Below the pieces are notes generated by a model that made no database searches, was not told the DNA's origin, and saw only the letters and a program-made list of their open reading frames with translations. This document shows positions 40,556-50,652 of a stretch of DNA of 64,000 bases, piece after piece. A program made the position numbers and the translations under genes. The number at the start of each line of letters is the position of its first letter. Position 1 is the stretch's first letter. Origin of the DNA: an uncultured archaeon (GTDB lineage: Archaea; Aenigmatarchaeota; Aenigmatarchaeia; Aenigmatarchaeales; Aenigmatarchaeaceae); the NCBI GenBank assembly GCA_964353745.1, contig CAYGWD010000001.1:3440-67439 (forward strand), given 5' to 3'.

Positions 40556-41653
40556 TCACTTCCTAATGTTACTAAAATAAGATTCATTCTTTAGTTTTAT
40601 GTTCAACTTGTATTTATCTATGAAGTAGTTGATTATTTCATTGAAAATGAAATCCAAATCCTTTGTGACTTTCCATTCAGGATAATCGTTCTTAAGTTTT
40701 GATATGTTGGATATCCACCATATGTGGTCGGACTCTCTTTCTTTTCCTTCCTCCCATTTCAAGTCTATTCCTGTTTTTGCCTTGATGGCATCGATTGTCT
40801 CGAAAATTGATATGGAATTGTCTCTTCCTCCCCCTATGTTGTAAACTTGGCCATATATTCCCAGAGGATTTGGTTTTGGTTTTCTAATAAAATTATACAG
40901 GGCTGCAGCAACATCAGAGCTGTGTATCTGGTCCCTTACTCTATAACCTCCACCAAATATTGTATATTTCTTTCCGAGGAGAGCGCATTCTATTATGAAC
41001 GGCAGATAACCGTGCATCTCAACAGCCTTAGAGTGTTTGCCTGTCAAGCAACCTCCTCTGAATGTCGCTGTCTTCAAACCATAATTAATTGCATACTCCT
41101 GCGAATAAAGGTCAGCAGCAGCTTTTGACACGCCGAATGGCGTATGGCCGCACCTGTCTATAGGCAATTGTTCGTCAAAGCTATCTATCGCAGTATTTTC
41201 AAATCTCTTACCAACGATTTTGTAATTAAAATAGTTTGGATAGTCACCATATACCTTGTTGGTCGACATGTATGCAAATGGTATGCTCGGATTAAGATTC
41301 CTTACAATTTCCAAAAGTAGCAACGTACCATAAGCATTAATCTGAAAGTCCTCCATGGGTATCTCTAGACTTCTAGGATGCGATGGTTGGGCTGCGAGAT
41401 GTATCACGGCATCAACTCTTTTTATTATATCTTCCATTGTTTCCTTGTCTCTAATATCAGCCTCTACGAGTTCAATTTCTTTTCTTCTAAAAATATCATT
41501 TTCATCAAGATTAGTCTTTATACTAGCATCATCACCAAATATTTTCCCTCTCATATTGTTGTCTACACATACTACTTCACATTTTTGATTAACCAGCAAT
41601 TCGCAACAAGCACTGCCTATAAGACCCGCTCCACCAGTGACCAAAACTTTCAT
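40556..41653 (-). CDS. NAD-dependent epimerase/dehydratase, CDP-paratose 2-epimerase (RfbE)-like
   Basis: TGGAGLIG, HLAAQPSH, STNKVYG, FGVSK, FRGGCLTG. Confidence 0.85.
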   Translation of the reverse strand: MKVLVTGGAGLIGSACCELLVNQKCEVVCVDNNMRGKIFGDDASIKTNLDENDIFRRKEIELVEADIRDKETMEDIIKRVDAVIHLAAQPSHPRSLEIPMEDFQINAYGTLLLLEIVRNLNPSIPFAYMSTNKVYGDYPNYFNYKIVGKRFENTAIDSFDEQLPIDRCGHTPFGVSKAAADLYSQEYAINYGLKTATFRGGCLTGKHSKAVEMHGYLPFIIECALLGKKYTIFGGGYRVRDQIHSSDVAAALYNFIRKPKPNPLGIYGQVYNIGGGRDNSISIFETIDAIKAKTGIDLKWEEGKERESDHIWWISNISKLKNDYPEWKVTKDLDFIFNEIINYFIDKYKLNIKLKNESYFSNIRK

Positions 41654-42777
41654 TTAATCAAGCCTCCAAAGTATTTTTTCCTCTCCACCTCTGCCTGACC
41701 AAACTTGTCTACAGTATCAATATCCTGGGACCATTTAATCAATTCTTCTATACCCTTATTGAAAGTGAAACTAGGTTTGAATCCCAAGTCTTTCTTTATC
41801 TTTGAAATGTCAGCAAAATCATGCCTATTGTCCCCGACTCTAAATTCTTCTGTTATTTTTGGTTCTATGTCCGACCCTAAAACATCAGCAATTGTTTTTA
41901 CAACGTCTATCAAGCTCACCGGAACGCCTGTACCCACGTTATAAGAGTCTGTTTTGCTTCCCTTTTCCAAAGCCAAAAAAATTGCATTGGCAAAATCCTT
42001 GACATAAACATAGTCCCTAAGCTGCTTTCCGTCTTCATAAATTATAGGTTGATTATTATTCTTAATTCTACTTATAAAGATCGAGCAGACCCCTGTGTAC
42101 GGGTTGTTAAGGCTCTGCCTTGGGCCATAGCATGAGAAACCTCTGAGAGCAGTTGTAGGTATTTGAAAGGCATTGCCGAACATCATTGCTATTCTTTCTG
42201 TGCTGTATTTACTCAAAGCATAAATGGAAAGGTTTTGCGGCGGCTTATCTTCTTTTATTCCTACCGGCTCCATTTCTTCATTACAACACGGACAACGCAA
42301 CTCCCATTCTTTGTTTTTTAATTGCTCTATTGTTCTCTGCTCAGGATAAACAACTCCGTGCGTCTTGCATTTGTAGGAGCCCTCGCCGTAGATTGTCTTT
42401 GAGCTAGCAACTATTATTTTTTTAATGTTCTTCTTAATTTCAGGATTGTTTAACAATAATTCATATAGCATTGTTGTTCCGATTACGTTTGTGCTAAGGT
42501 ATTTCAAAGGCTGGTACATACTTTGCCCAATACCCGTAGAAGCGGCAAGATGAACTATTGCATCAATGCTTTCTAAAGATTTTTTCCATAAATCCATGCT
42601 AGAAATATCACCTTTGATGAATTCTGCTTTGTGATTGGTGTAATCTGGTTTTTTTCCGCCATGAATTTGCACATCAAGATTGTCTAGAATTCTTACTTCA
42701 TGACCTTTTTCTATTAACAAATCTGTGACATGGCTACCTATAAAACCTGCACCGCCTGTTACCAATACTTTCATCAA
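41650..42777 (-). CDS. NAD-dependent nucleotide-sugar epimerase (WbiB-like) with Cys-rich insert
   Basis: TGGAGFIGS, HLAASTGIGQSMY, YALSK, YGPRQSLNNPYTGV. Confidence 0.88.
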   Translation of the reverse strand: MMKVLVTGGAGFIGSHVTDLLIEKGHEVRILDNLDVQIHGGKKPDYTNHKAEFIKGDISSMDLWKKSLESIDAIVHLAASTGIGQSMYQPLKYLSTNVIGTTMLYELLLNNPEIKKNIKKIIVASSKTIYGEGSYKCKTHGVVYPEQRTIEQLKNKEWELRCPCCNEEMEPVGIKEDKPPQNLSIYALSKYSTERIAMMFGNAFQIPTTALRGFSCYGPRQSLNNPYTGVCSIFISRIKNNNQPIIYEDGKQLRDYVYVKDFANAIFLALEKGSKTDSYNVGTGVPVSLIDVVKTIADVLGSDIEPKITEEFRVGDNRHDFADISKIKKDLGFKPSFTFNKGIEELIKWSQDIDTVDKFGQAEVERKKYFGGLIK

Positions 42778-43736
42778 GTCACCTGAATTTTTTTATCTAA
42801 TGTGACAACTATTTTATCCATATATCTAGGATCTATTTCTCCAGTTGCCCAGTTAAATGGATAATGTGTTTTCTGAACACTCCTTATGTGTTTGTAGTTT
42901 GTAAAAGGATTTAAATATCTCTCTTTATTAACTACTTGACGCTTTTTTAAGCAATGCGGTATTCCAGTTATGGCTCTGCCAAAATAATATAAAAATGTGA
43001 AAGGATTTTTTATCTGAATTAAAAATGAAAATAAATATATTGGAGTGAATATCAACACATTGCTTAAGCTGTAAAATGTCCATAAATTCCATAAGTTATT
43101 TCTCATGCTGTAAGAATACCAAACCTTCCAATTTATTCTTGCTTTCGATGTATTAGGTTTATGGAATGTAATCGCTGTTCTTAACCTTTTTATTCCATAA
43201 CCTAGATTGAAAACTCTTGCTGTTATTTCTTCTTCTTGCGCATAAAGAAAATAATCAGAATCGTATAAAGTTTGACCAGCTTCCTCAATTATATCTTTTC
43301 TTATGGCAAAGCAACCATTTGTCATAAACAAGTAATCGTCAGGAGTTTCAAATTCGCAATCAACCCAACCGTATTTTGACCAGTGAAGAAAATAAGGGCA
43401 TACAATTCCAGCCTTTGGGTTTCTTTCAAATTCTTTAATGACCTCCTCTACCCAGTTTTTAGACAAGGTCATATCGCTTTCAACTATTCCTACATATTTT
43501 CCTTTGGAATTTTTAAAACCAACATTAGCCGCAAAACATAAACCTTTATTCTCAGGTAAAATAATTAACCTAACTTTAGGAAATTTTTTTCTTACCATTT
43601 CTATTGTCCCATCTGTAGAATTATTATCAACCACTATTATCTCATCGGGTTTTCTAGTTTGCTCAAGTATAGACTCTAAACCTTTTTTTACATCATCCTT
43701 TCTATTATAACTTATGAGAACCAAACTCATTTTCAT
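42774..43736 (-). CDS. GT2 glycosyltransferase
   Basis: VVDNNSTDGT, ESD, YFLYAQEEE. Confidence 0.87.
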   Translation of the reverse strand: MKMSLVLISYNRKDDVKKGLESILEQTRKPDEIIVVDNNSTDGTIEMVRKKFPKVRLIILPENKGLCFAANVGFKNSKGKYVGIVESDMTLSKNWVEEVIKEFERNPKAGIVCPYFLHWSKYGWVDCEFETPDDYLFMTNGCFAIRKDIIEEAGQTLYDSDYFLYAQEEEITARVFNLGYGIKRLRTAITFHKPNTSKARINWKVWYSYSMRNNLWNLWTFYSLSNVLIFTPIYLFSFLIQIKNPFTFLYYFGRAITGIPHCLKKRQVVNKERYLNPFTNYKHIRSVQKTHYPFNWATGEIDPRYMDKIVVTLDKKIQVT

Positions 43737-45257
43737 CTAAATTGCCTCTAATGTTTTCATCCATTGATTTTTGCATTCTTGTATTTGACCATCGAAATAT
43801 ATTTTTACCATCTTCCACTCTGGAGCAAATTTGAAGAATTTATGTTCCCATCTGAACTTTGCATCAAGTTTCAAAATTTCAAAAACTATCTTTTGCCATA
43901 TTTTACTATATCTTTCTCCCTTTTGATAACCCAATAGGAATTGGCTTAACATGGAAATTGTCTCGGTTAAACTTATAAATTCAGAAGTCCCCCACGGTTT
44001 ATTGTATGTCAAAAAATTATAGGTACCCCAACCTTCTAAAGTTTCTGGTGGCTTTAGACCATGTTTTATACTTTCTTCCATCAAATCCGTTTTTGCATAA
44101 GGTGTATATATCAAAACAGGATGCATCGTCTCTGGAATTATTTTATAAACTTCATTTAAGACATCTATTGTTTTGTATAAATCTTTAACAGTTTCTCCTG
44201 GAAATCCCATCATAAAGAAAAATTTAGCTTTTATTCCATGTTTTCTGGATTTCTTAGCACATTCGATAATATCGCTAACCTTTATGTCCTTTTTCATATA
44301 ATCAAGCATTCTTTGAGAACCTGACTCAGCCCCAAAAAATAGTGATGTACAACCAGCTTTTTTGAGTTTGTCTATAAATTCGTCGCTATAATTAGCAAAA
44401 TAATTACATCTGCACATTGCCCCCCATTTAATATTTAAATTTTCTTTTATCATCAAATCGCATATCTTTTCTACTCTGTTCTTATCTATAAAGAAATTGT
44501 CATCTGAAAATACCACTCCATTTATTTTATACTCCTTAATTAATATTTTCAATTCTTTTATTACTCTTTCTGGTTTGTAACTCAACCAATGTTTTCCATA
44601 AAATGAAGAGATAGCGCAAAAACCGCAACGGTGAAAACAACCTCTACTAGAACAATAACCAATTGATCTCGTTGATATGTCGTCATAAGTTAATTTATCT
44701 GAATCAACTTTAGTTATGTACTTTTCCATATCGAATGCTTCATAATCTAGCATAGGAAATTGGTTTATGTCAACAAAATCTGCATCAGGGTTATTAATGA
44801 TTTTACCATTCTCTTTATAGGTTATTCCTTTTATGTTCTTCAAAGATTTTTTATTTTTCAAGGCCTTAGCCAATGCTAGAATCGTTATCTCTCCAGGGCC
44901 TCTGACGATTATATCAATCAAAGAATTTCTTAGTGTTTGTTCTGGCAACAGCGATGCGTGAGATCCTCCCCATACGATTGGTAAGTTCGGATATTTTTCT
45001 TTCACTTTTTTAGAAACCAAAAGACCATCATAAATTGTTGTGCCTGACATGGAACCTATTCCAAAAAATATTGTATTATTACCTATAGAATCTAAGACAA
45101 TTTTTATATTGTCTTTTATGTCGAGCTCATTGACAATTTTTACCGTGCAGCCTGCTTTCTTTAAGCAGCTTGATAAAGCCATTAAACCCATAGGCATTTG
45201 TAAATTAGACTCTATTTTGAAACCATTTGGTGAATATAAAATAACATCATACTTCAT
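43737..45257 (-). CDS. B12-binding-domain radical SAM protein 5 (close paralog of protein 3)
   Basis: WGGSHAS, RGPGE, SRGCFHRCGFC, GAESGSQRMLD. Confidence 0.92.
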   Translation of the reverse strand: MKYDVILYSPNGFKIESNLQMPMGLMALSSCLKKAGCTVKIVNELDIKDNIKIVLDSIGNNTIFFGIGSMSGTTIYDGLLVSKKVKEKYPNLPIVWGGSHASLLPEQTLRNSLIDIIVRGPGEITILALAKALKNKKSLKNIKGITYKENGKIINNPDADFVDINQFPMLDYEAFDMEKYITKVDSDKLTYDDISTRSIGYCSSRGCFHRCGFCAISSFYGKHWLSYKPERVIKELKILIKEYKINGVVFSDDNFFIDKNRVEKICDLMIKENLNIKWGAMCRCNYFANYSDEFIDKLKKAGCTSLFFGAESGSQRMLDYMKKDIKVSDIIECAKKSRKHGIKAKFFFMMGFPGETVKDLYKTIDVLNEVYKIIPETMHPVLIYTPYAKTDLMEESIKHGLKPPETLEGWGTYNFLTYNKPWGTSEFISLTETISMLSQFLLGYQKGERYSKIWQKIVFEILKLDAKFRWEHKFFKFAPEWKMVKIYFDGQIQECKNQWMKTLEAI

Positions 45258-45314
45258 TTTAAATCACTTTAATTAAATAAACTGTTAATAATGTTTATAA
45301 ATCTTATAAATGTT

Positions 45315-46250
45315 TTATTTTTTAAATTTACCGTTTAAAATTCCTATAGAATAAGGAAAGATTAATATCCATCTAGCTATCCAACGAGGAAATGCTTTTC
45401 TAATTGATTTAAAGAATATTATCCAATAAAATAAAGTCCCTATGTAAATTAGAAATGCTAGTGAAAAACAAAGATATAAATTAATAAAATATGTGAATGG
45501 GGTTATTAAACCTAAAAAAGCAATTAGTGGTAGCAGCATGGTATAATAATATAACTGATCCTTTACTTTTTCTTTATCCATCATAACAGTTATTCCATAC
45601 CCCATATTAATTGCTGTTTTCCATAATCCTCTAAAACTTGTTTTATATTGATGGTAAGCTTTTATTTCTTCATCAAACCAAATTTTATAACCTCTATCTT
45701 CTATTTTTTTGCTTATAATCACATCTTCTGCATTAACTAACTCTAAAGAAGGCCAGCCACCAATTTTTCTTAAAGCATCTGTCCTAAAGTAAGAATTACC
45801 GCCAATAACTCCATTTGTATAGCCTGTTTCTAGCGTTTCAACTATATACCACAAATGATGCAAATGAGCTACCCAGTTCTTTTTACCACCCATCGGATGT
45901 CTGCCTGTTCCAGCAGCAACTTCTGGATGATTTTTAAAAACTTTTAGAATGTTTTTTACCCAATCTTTATCTAGAACGCAATCTGCATCAGTAAATGCTA
46001 TATATTTAGTCTTGCAATTTCTTAATGCAGTATTTCTTTGATTATAAAGTGCTTTACCTTTACTAATTATTACACTTACTCTATGTTTTCTCACAATGGG
46101 TATAGTTGTATCATTCTCATCATATACGACAACATAAGTATCGTCAGCTTTTACAGACTGTTTTTTTATACTGTCCAAACATTTCCCTATGGTATTTTCT
46201 GCATTTTTTGCACATATGGCAATTGTTAAATCTGATACCATATTATTCAT
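45315..46250 (-). CDS. GT2 glycosyltransferase with C-terminal TM helices
   Basis: KNAENTIGKCLDSI, FTDADC, AED. Confidence 0.87.
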   Translation of the reverse strand: MNNMVSDLTIAICAKNAENTIGKCLDSIKKQSVKADDTYVVVYDENDTTIPIVRKHRVSVIISKGKALYNQRNTALRNCKTKYIAFTDADCVLDKDWVKNILKVFKNHPEVAAGTGRHPMGGKKNWVAHLHHLWYIVETLETGYTNGVIGGNSYFRTDALRKIGGWPSLELVNAEDVIISKKIEDRGYKIWFDEEIKAYHQYKTSFRGLWKTAINMGYGITVMMDKEKVKDQLYYYTMLLPLIAFLGLITPFTYFINLYLCFSLAFLIYIGTLFYWIIFFKSIRKAFPRWIARWILIFPYSIGILNGKFKK

Positions 46251-46280
46251 GTTTTAAATTCTGAAAAGCTTTTGATTTTT

Positions 46281-47309
46281 TTACGCATAATACAACCTCA
46301 GGCAGTTGTCGCACCTCTGTTTTCCGTCCTGCTTCGCTAAATTTTTCCTAAATGTCTGGAATCTTTCATTGTTCCATATATCCTTCAAAGGAGTTTTGAA
46401 TGCGTTGCCAAAATCTAATCCTTTTTCTCTTACTCTGCAACAAGGTATTATTGTGCCATCAACTAATATACTCATGCCCTGATATAGTTGTTTGCATGCT
46501 AACATCTTAGTAGAAAATTGGACTTTCTTTGAAGGTGAGAACTCATTGGAATTCCTCTCGACATTAGAATTATTCTCATCAAAGAACCAGTTGTCTGCCA
46601 AAGGAATGAATGGGACACTGAATGTTATGCCGTCAAAACCCATGTTTTTTGACATCTTAATCGCATCGTTGACTTGATATTCGTTGTGCTTCATTATTAT
46701 GAACTGCCAGAATATCAATGGGTATTTCTTTCTTCTTTCCTTTTTAATTCTTATGAGCTTTCTTATGTCAGGAATCACCTTGTTAAAGTCCCCGCCGGCT
46801 CTGTATTTCGAGTATGTGTAATCAGTCGTGCCGTCAAGGGCTACTACCAATATTTGCGGCGGATGGTCTATTATCTTCTTGACATCAAAAGTCAAATTGA
46901 AATTGCTCTGCACGACAGAACCTATCCTGTTATTATTGAGGTAGTCAATCATCTTGAATATCTCAGGATTTAAAAAAGGCTCTCCATTCAAACCGAAATA
47001 TACAGTAAAGATGTAATCCTTTACCTGCTCGGTTATGCTTTTAAATTCTCTAAAAGACATATTTTTCTTGTCTCTCTTTGATGTGTGAATTATCGTAGGA
47101 CATGAAGGACATCTTAGATTGCATGTGTTGTTCGTCTCTATGTCGAGATATTTCGGATAACTATATAATGAGGTTCTTTTAGTTCTCATCTCAATGTTTG
47201 ATAATGTAAGATTGAGTAGTTTTTTAATAGTCATATTTTTGAAGAACAAAGTTCCATCATATTTAATCGTGAATCGTACGTCTTGAAAGTTCATTTTATC
47301 ATCAACCAT
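46281..47309 (-). CDS. radical SAM/SPASM(twitch) protein
   Basis: CNLRCPSC, GEPFLN, DGTIIPCC, GN...IWN, CDNC. Confidence 0.9.
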   Translation of the reverse strand: MVDDKMNFQDVRFTIKYDGTLFFKNMTIKKLLNLTLSNIEMRTKRTSLYSYPKYLDIETNNTCNLRCPSCPTIIHTSKRDKKNMSFREFKSITEQVKDYIFTVYFGLNGEPFLNPEIFKMIDYLNNNRIGSVVQSNFNLTFDVKKIIDHPPQILVVALDGTTDYTYSKYRAGGDFNKVIPDIRKLIRIKKERRKKYPLIFWQFIIMKHNEYQVNDAIKMSKNMGFDGITFSVPFIPLADNWFFDENNSNVERNSNEFSPSKKVQFSTKMLACKQLYQGMSILVDGTIIPCCRVREKGLDFGNAFKTPLKDIWNNERFQTFRKNLAKQDGKQRCDNCLRLYYA

Positions 47310-47527
47310 ATTCTATAGCATTTATCACATAAAAGTTTATTTCTTGTAGGTTCATGACACCACCAACAATAATGCATTCCCTTGTAAAATTTCACTTTCT
47401 TTCTCAATCCCATCCTCTTCAAAAAACTATCGTATTTATCCTCTAAAATATTAAGTATTTCAGGTTTAGCTGGATCTCTCATTTTTATCACTTCGCCTCG
47501 AAGTTCACGATATGCTTCTTTAAACAT
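47291..47527 (-). CDS. small zinc-finger protein
   Basis: CWWC...CDKC; possible start MRDP at 47482. Confidence 0.5.
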   Translation of the reverse strand: MFKEAYRELRGEVIKMRDPAKPEILNILEDKYDSFLKRMGLRKKVKFYKGMHYCWWCHEPTRNKLLCDKCYRIWLMIK

Positions 47528-47544
47528 TTGTTACAATTTGAATT

Positions 47545-49047
47545 TTAAGTTCCTGGAACAAATACGTGATCTTGATTTCTTTTTTTAAGGAGAACCTTAA
47601 CTTTTTTAATTGTATAAAAAAATCCCTTCCCTTTTAAATATCTAAACGCACGCGATGGAGATTTGAAATAATTTTTAAATGCACTGAATGTCCATTCTTT
47701 TTGCATTTTTATTGATATAGCTTCTATTTCTTCTTTTTTCAACCAAGGATAACTTACAGGAGATGAGAAAGAACCATCATACTCAGTCCAATCCTTAGCT
47801 ACCAACCAACCATTTTTTTTTGCCTGATAATAGAAAGGTGTTCCTGGAAGCGGTTGAGCAGTATATATCTGAGCAGAGTCTAGGTCTAGATCTATCATTA
47901 ATTTTAATGTTCTTTCAAGGCTCTCTTTGTTATCCTGAGGCAAACCTACTATGAAATCCCCATGCGTATAAACTCCATATTTCTTACACATTTTAACAAA
48001 TTTTCTAACCTTTTCTTCACTCACCCATGCTTTATTTATATTTTTAAGAGTTTCAGGATTGGTACTTTCAACACCAAATTTCAGGCCTATAGCACCAGCT
48101 TTGACGAGAAGTTTCATAAGTTTTTCATCAATGTGAATAGACCCCATAAAGGCCCAAGGAATTTTTAATTTTCTTTTTAATATTTCATTGGCAAAATCTA
48201 CCATTCTTTCTCTATCGAAAGTCATTATATCGTCATCAAAATATATTTGTTTAGCCCCATGTTTTTCTTTAACATATTCCATTTCATCAACAATATTTTT
48301 TACTGACCTCTTCCAGTAAAATCCTGAAGGCCAAAATACTCTAACATTACAATAAGAACACATGAAAGGACAACTTCTTGAAGTTACTATATGAATTGTC
48401 GGTTTTCCTGCAATCTCAAAATCATGATAATGTTCACATGGTAAATCTTCTCTATCAGGATAAGGTAAAGAATCGAAATTTACAAATTCCATTTTAGCTT
48501 TGGATTTTTTTATTGCTCTTCCTTTACGATAATATAAATTATATACTTTATTTACGCTACCATTAGTTTCTATAAACTTTAATAAAGGTAGTCCGTAATC
48601 GCCTTTAATAACATAATCGATAAAACTATATTTTTTCATGACTTCGACTGGCAGACCAGAAGCATGTAAGCCTGTAATAATTAAAGTAAATTTTGATTTC
48701 TTTTTTAATTCTCTTAAAATATCCATACAAAGAGAAAAAGATATTGTAGGTAATTCAACAACCATCAGACCAGGTTTAAAATCTTTAACTGCTTTTATGA
48801 AATCTTCTTCGTTGTAATCTCTTGCTTGGGCGTCTATTGCTTTTATAGTTTCCTTGGTGTCCCTTTTTAAGATAGCAGAAGCATAACCTAAAGACCATGG
48901 ATATGGCGTGTAATGATCTTTTACCTTGGTTGCATTTTTTCCTCCAAGAGAATATGGTATACGCATAGTACAACCAAATCTTCCATAAGAAAAATGTCTA
49001 TTCATATCCTTTATGTATGCCGGACTGTTTGTAAGCAATATTCTCAT
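47545..49047 (-). CDS. B12-binding-domain radical SAM protein 6 (HpnJ-like)
   Basis: PYPWSLGYASAIL, GLHAS, SRSCPFMCSYC, DDD, GVES, PLPGT. Confidence 0.9.
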   Translation of the reverse strand: MRILLTNSPAYIKDMNRHFSYGRFGCTMRIPYSLGGKNATKVKDHYTPYPWSLGYASAILKRDTKETIKAIDAQARDYNEEDFIKAVKDFKPGLMVVELPTISFSLCMDILRELKKKSKFTLIITGLHASGLPVEVMKKYSFIDYVIKGDYGLPLLKFIETNGSVNKVYNLYYRKGRAIKKSKAKMEFVNFDSLPYPDREDLPCEHYHDFEIAGKPTIHIVTSRSCPFMCSYCNVRVFWPSGFYWKRSVKNIVDEMEYVKEKHGAKQIYFDDDIMTFDRERMVDFANEILKRKLKIPWAFMGSIHIDEKLMKLLVKAGAIGLKFGVESTNPETLKNINKAWVSEEKVRKFVKMCKKYGVYTHGDFIVGLPQDNKESLERTLKLMIDLDLDSAQIYTAQPLPGTPFYYQAKKNGWLVAKDWTEYDGSFSSPVSYPWLKKEEIEAISIKMQKEWTFSAFKNYFKSPSRAFRYLKGKGFFYTIKKVKVLLKKRNQDHVFVPGT

Positions 49048-49067
49048 TTAATACACCTCACTCACAT

Positions 49068-49763
49068 TTATTTAATTGCATATAAAAGCAATGACCTTCC
49101 TAAGCTTTGAAAACCAAAAATGCCGAATAAAAAATTATAAGGTAATCCGACCGGAGCGAATCTTATTTTTTTAAACCCTATATTTGAAATTAAGTATTTT
49201 AACTTTGGCTTTGTAAACCAATGTAAATGTTCTACCTCATCTCCATACTTTTCCCAATGCAAAATATCTATGGGGTCACCTTTTAGCATTTTTATTCTAT
49301 TTGAAAATCTAGCAAAGTTAGGAATATAAATTATAACTCTTCCGCCTCTTTTTAATAATCTATGTGCTTCTTTTAGAATTGATACTGGATCTATTAAATG
49401 TTCCAATATGTCGGCAAATACGGCTACATCAAAACTTTCTTTTCTTAGCGGTAATGGAACTTTGTTCAAATCCCACTCTATGGTTTTTATACCTTTCTTT
49501 TGCACACTCGATAAAGCAACTTTAGATACATCAATACCGGTAACTTCACAGTTTTTCTCCAAAAAAAGTGAAGCTACGGTTCCATCACCGCATCCAAAAT
49601 CTAAAACCTTTGAATTTTGCGGGATTAAGTTAGCTATTGCTCCATTATTAGAATATTTTATTAATAATTTTGGGACCGATGGATTAATGGGCGGTACTTG
49701 AGTTTTTATTCTCTTCTTCCAGTATTTTTCATAATATTTATTTAAAGTTTGTATATATACCAC
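49068..49763 (-). CDS. class I SAM-dependent methyltransferase
   Basis: VLDFGCGDG, DILEHL, IPNF. Confidence 0.88.
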   Translation of the reverse strand: MVYIQTLNKYYEKYWKKRIKTQVPPINPSVPKLLIKYSNNGAIANLIPQNSKVLDFGCGDGTVASLFLEKNCEVTGIDVSKVALSSVQKKGIKTIEWDLNKVPLPLRKESFDVAVFADILEHLIDPVSILKEAHRLLKRGGRVIIYIPNFARFSNRIKMLKGDPIDILHWEKYGDEVEHLHWFTKPKLKYLISNIGFKKIRFAPVGLPYNFLFGIFGFQSLGRSLLLYAIK

Positions 49764-49827
49764 CTAAATTACGATATTGTTGGATTATTTAAAATGTATT
49801 TTTAATTATTAATTCACCTTTTTAATA

Positions 49828-50532
49828 TTAATTTTTCACCCTGCAAACTATGAAAAATAAGTTATTATAGTCTTTGTCGAAATTAAGTTTTTTTATGTCT
49901 TTAATATTAACATTTTTAATGTTTTTATCCAGATAATCTTCCATAACAAAATAAGGCACAAATCCGCCTAAGAGGTGTATAATCTCCAATCTCATCACAA
50001 GTTTAGGGTTTATACCATCACCTAATCCTCTAAACTCTACTATCTCAAAATACTTTTCCAGCTCTTTCCTAATTTCTTTTTCTATGAACTCATGCTTGTG
50101 GAATATCGGAGTCCTGTTCAGACATCTTAATGTCGCCTCATGATCAGGGGTAGTCAATATTAATAATCCATCGTCTTTGAGCATTCTTCTGGCATTTTTA
50201 ATATATGTTCTATAGTCATCTAGATGTTCTATAACCTCAAAAGATAACACGACATCGAACTTGTCTTTTGATTTGAAAGAGCATGCGTCTGCCACTTTGA
50301 ATATTGCTTTCTCAGACGCAAAATGAGAATTTGCATATCTTATTAATTTTTCATTGATATCGATGCCTGTATAACTTTTTATGCCATTATTAACTAAGAA
50401 ATAACCGCTTTGCCCTAGACCGCAACCCATGTCCAATATAGTTTTGCCTTCGCAAAGTTTGCTTATATGCTTGAAATTCCTCAAGCTGTCAACTAGATTG
50501 TTTGAAATCATCATGTTTTCTATTTCATTCAC
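49828..50532 (-). CDS. class I SAM-dependent methyltransferase
   Basis: ILDMGCGLG, FEVIEHL, LTTP. Confidence 0.88.
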   Translation of the reverse strand: MNEIENMMISNNLVDSLRNFKHISKLCEGKTILDMGCGLGQSGYFLVNNGIKSYTGIDINEKLIRYANSHFASEKAIFKVADACSFKSKDKFDVVLSFEVIEHLDDYRTYIKNARRMLKDDGLLILTTPDHEATLRCLNRTPIFHKHEFIEKEIRKELEKYFEIVEFRGLGDGINPKLVMRLEIIHLLGGFVPYFVMEDYLDKNIKNVNIKDIKKLNFDKDYNNLFFIVCRVKN

Positions 50533-50550
50533 CTAAAAAATATGATTTTC

Positions 50551-50634
50551 TTATTTCTGCTTCTTTAATCTTTGTAAAAATTTTGGTATATGTTTTTCCT
50601 CGTTTTTACTTACAAGTATCAGACTGACTTTCAA
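50551..50634 (-). pseudogene. N-terminal remnant of a GT2 glycosyltransferase
   Basis: TTG start; MKVSLILVSKNEEKHIPKFLQRLKKQK*. Confidence 0.6.
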
Positions 50635-50652
50635 TCCTATCAACTCATGATT

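Noticed and set aside
41100..41160. FGVSK instead of YxxxK as a sign of an inactivated epimerase
   Set aside because: The ORF is otherwise intact, and I recall this substitution as a trait of the RfbE-like subfamily.
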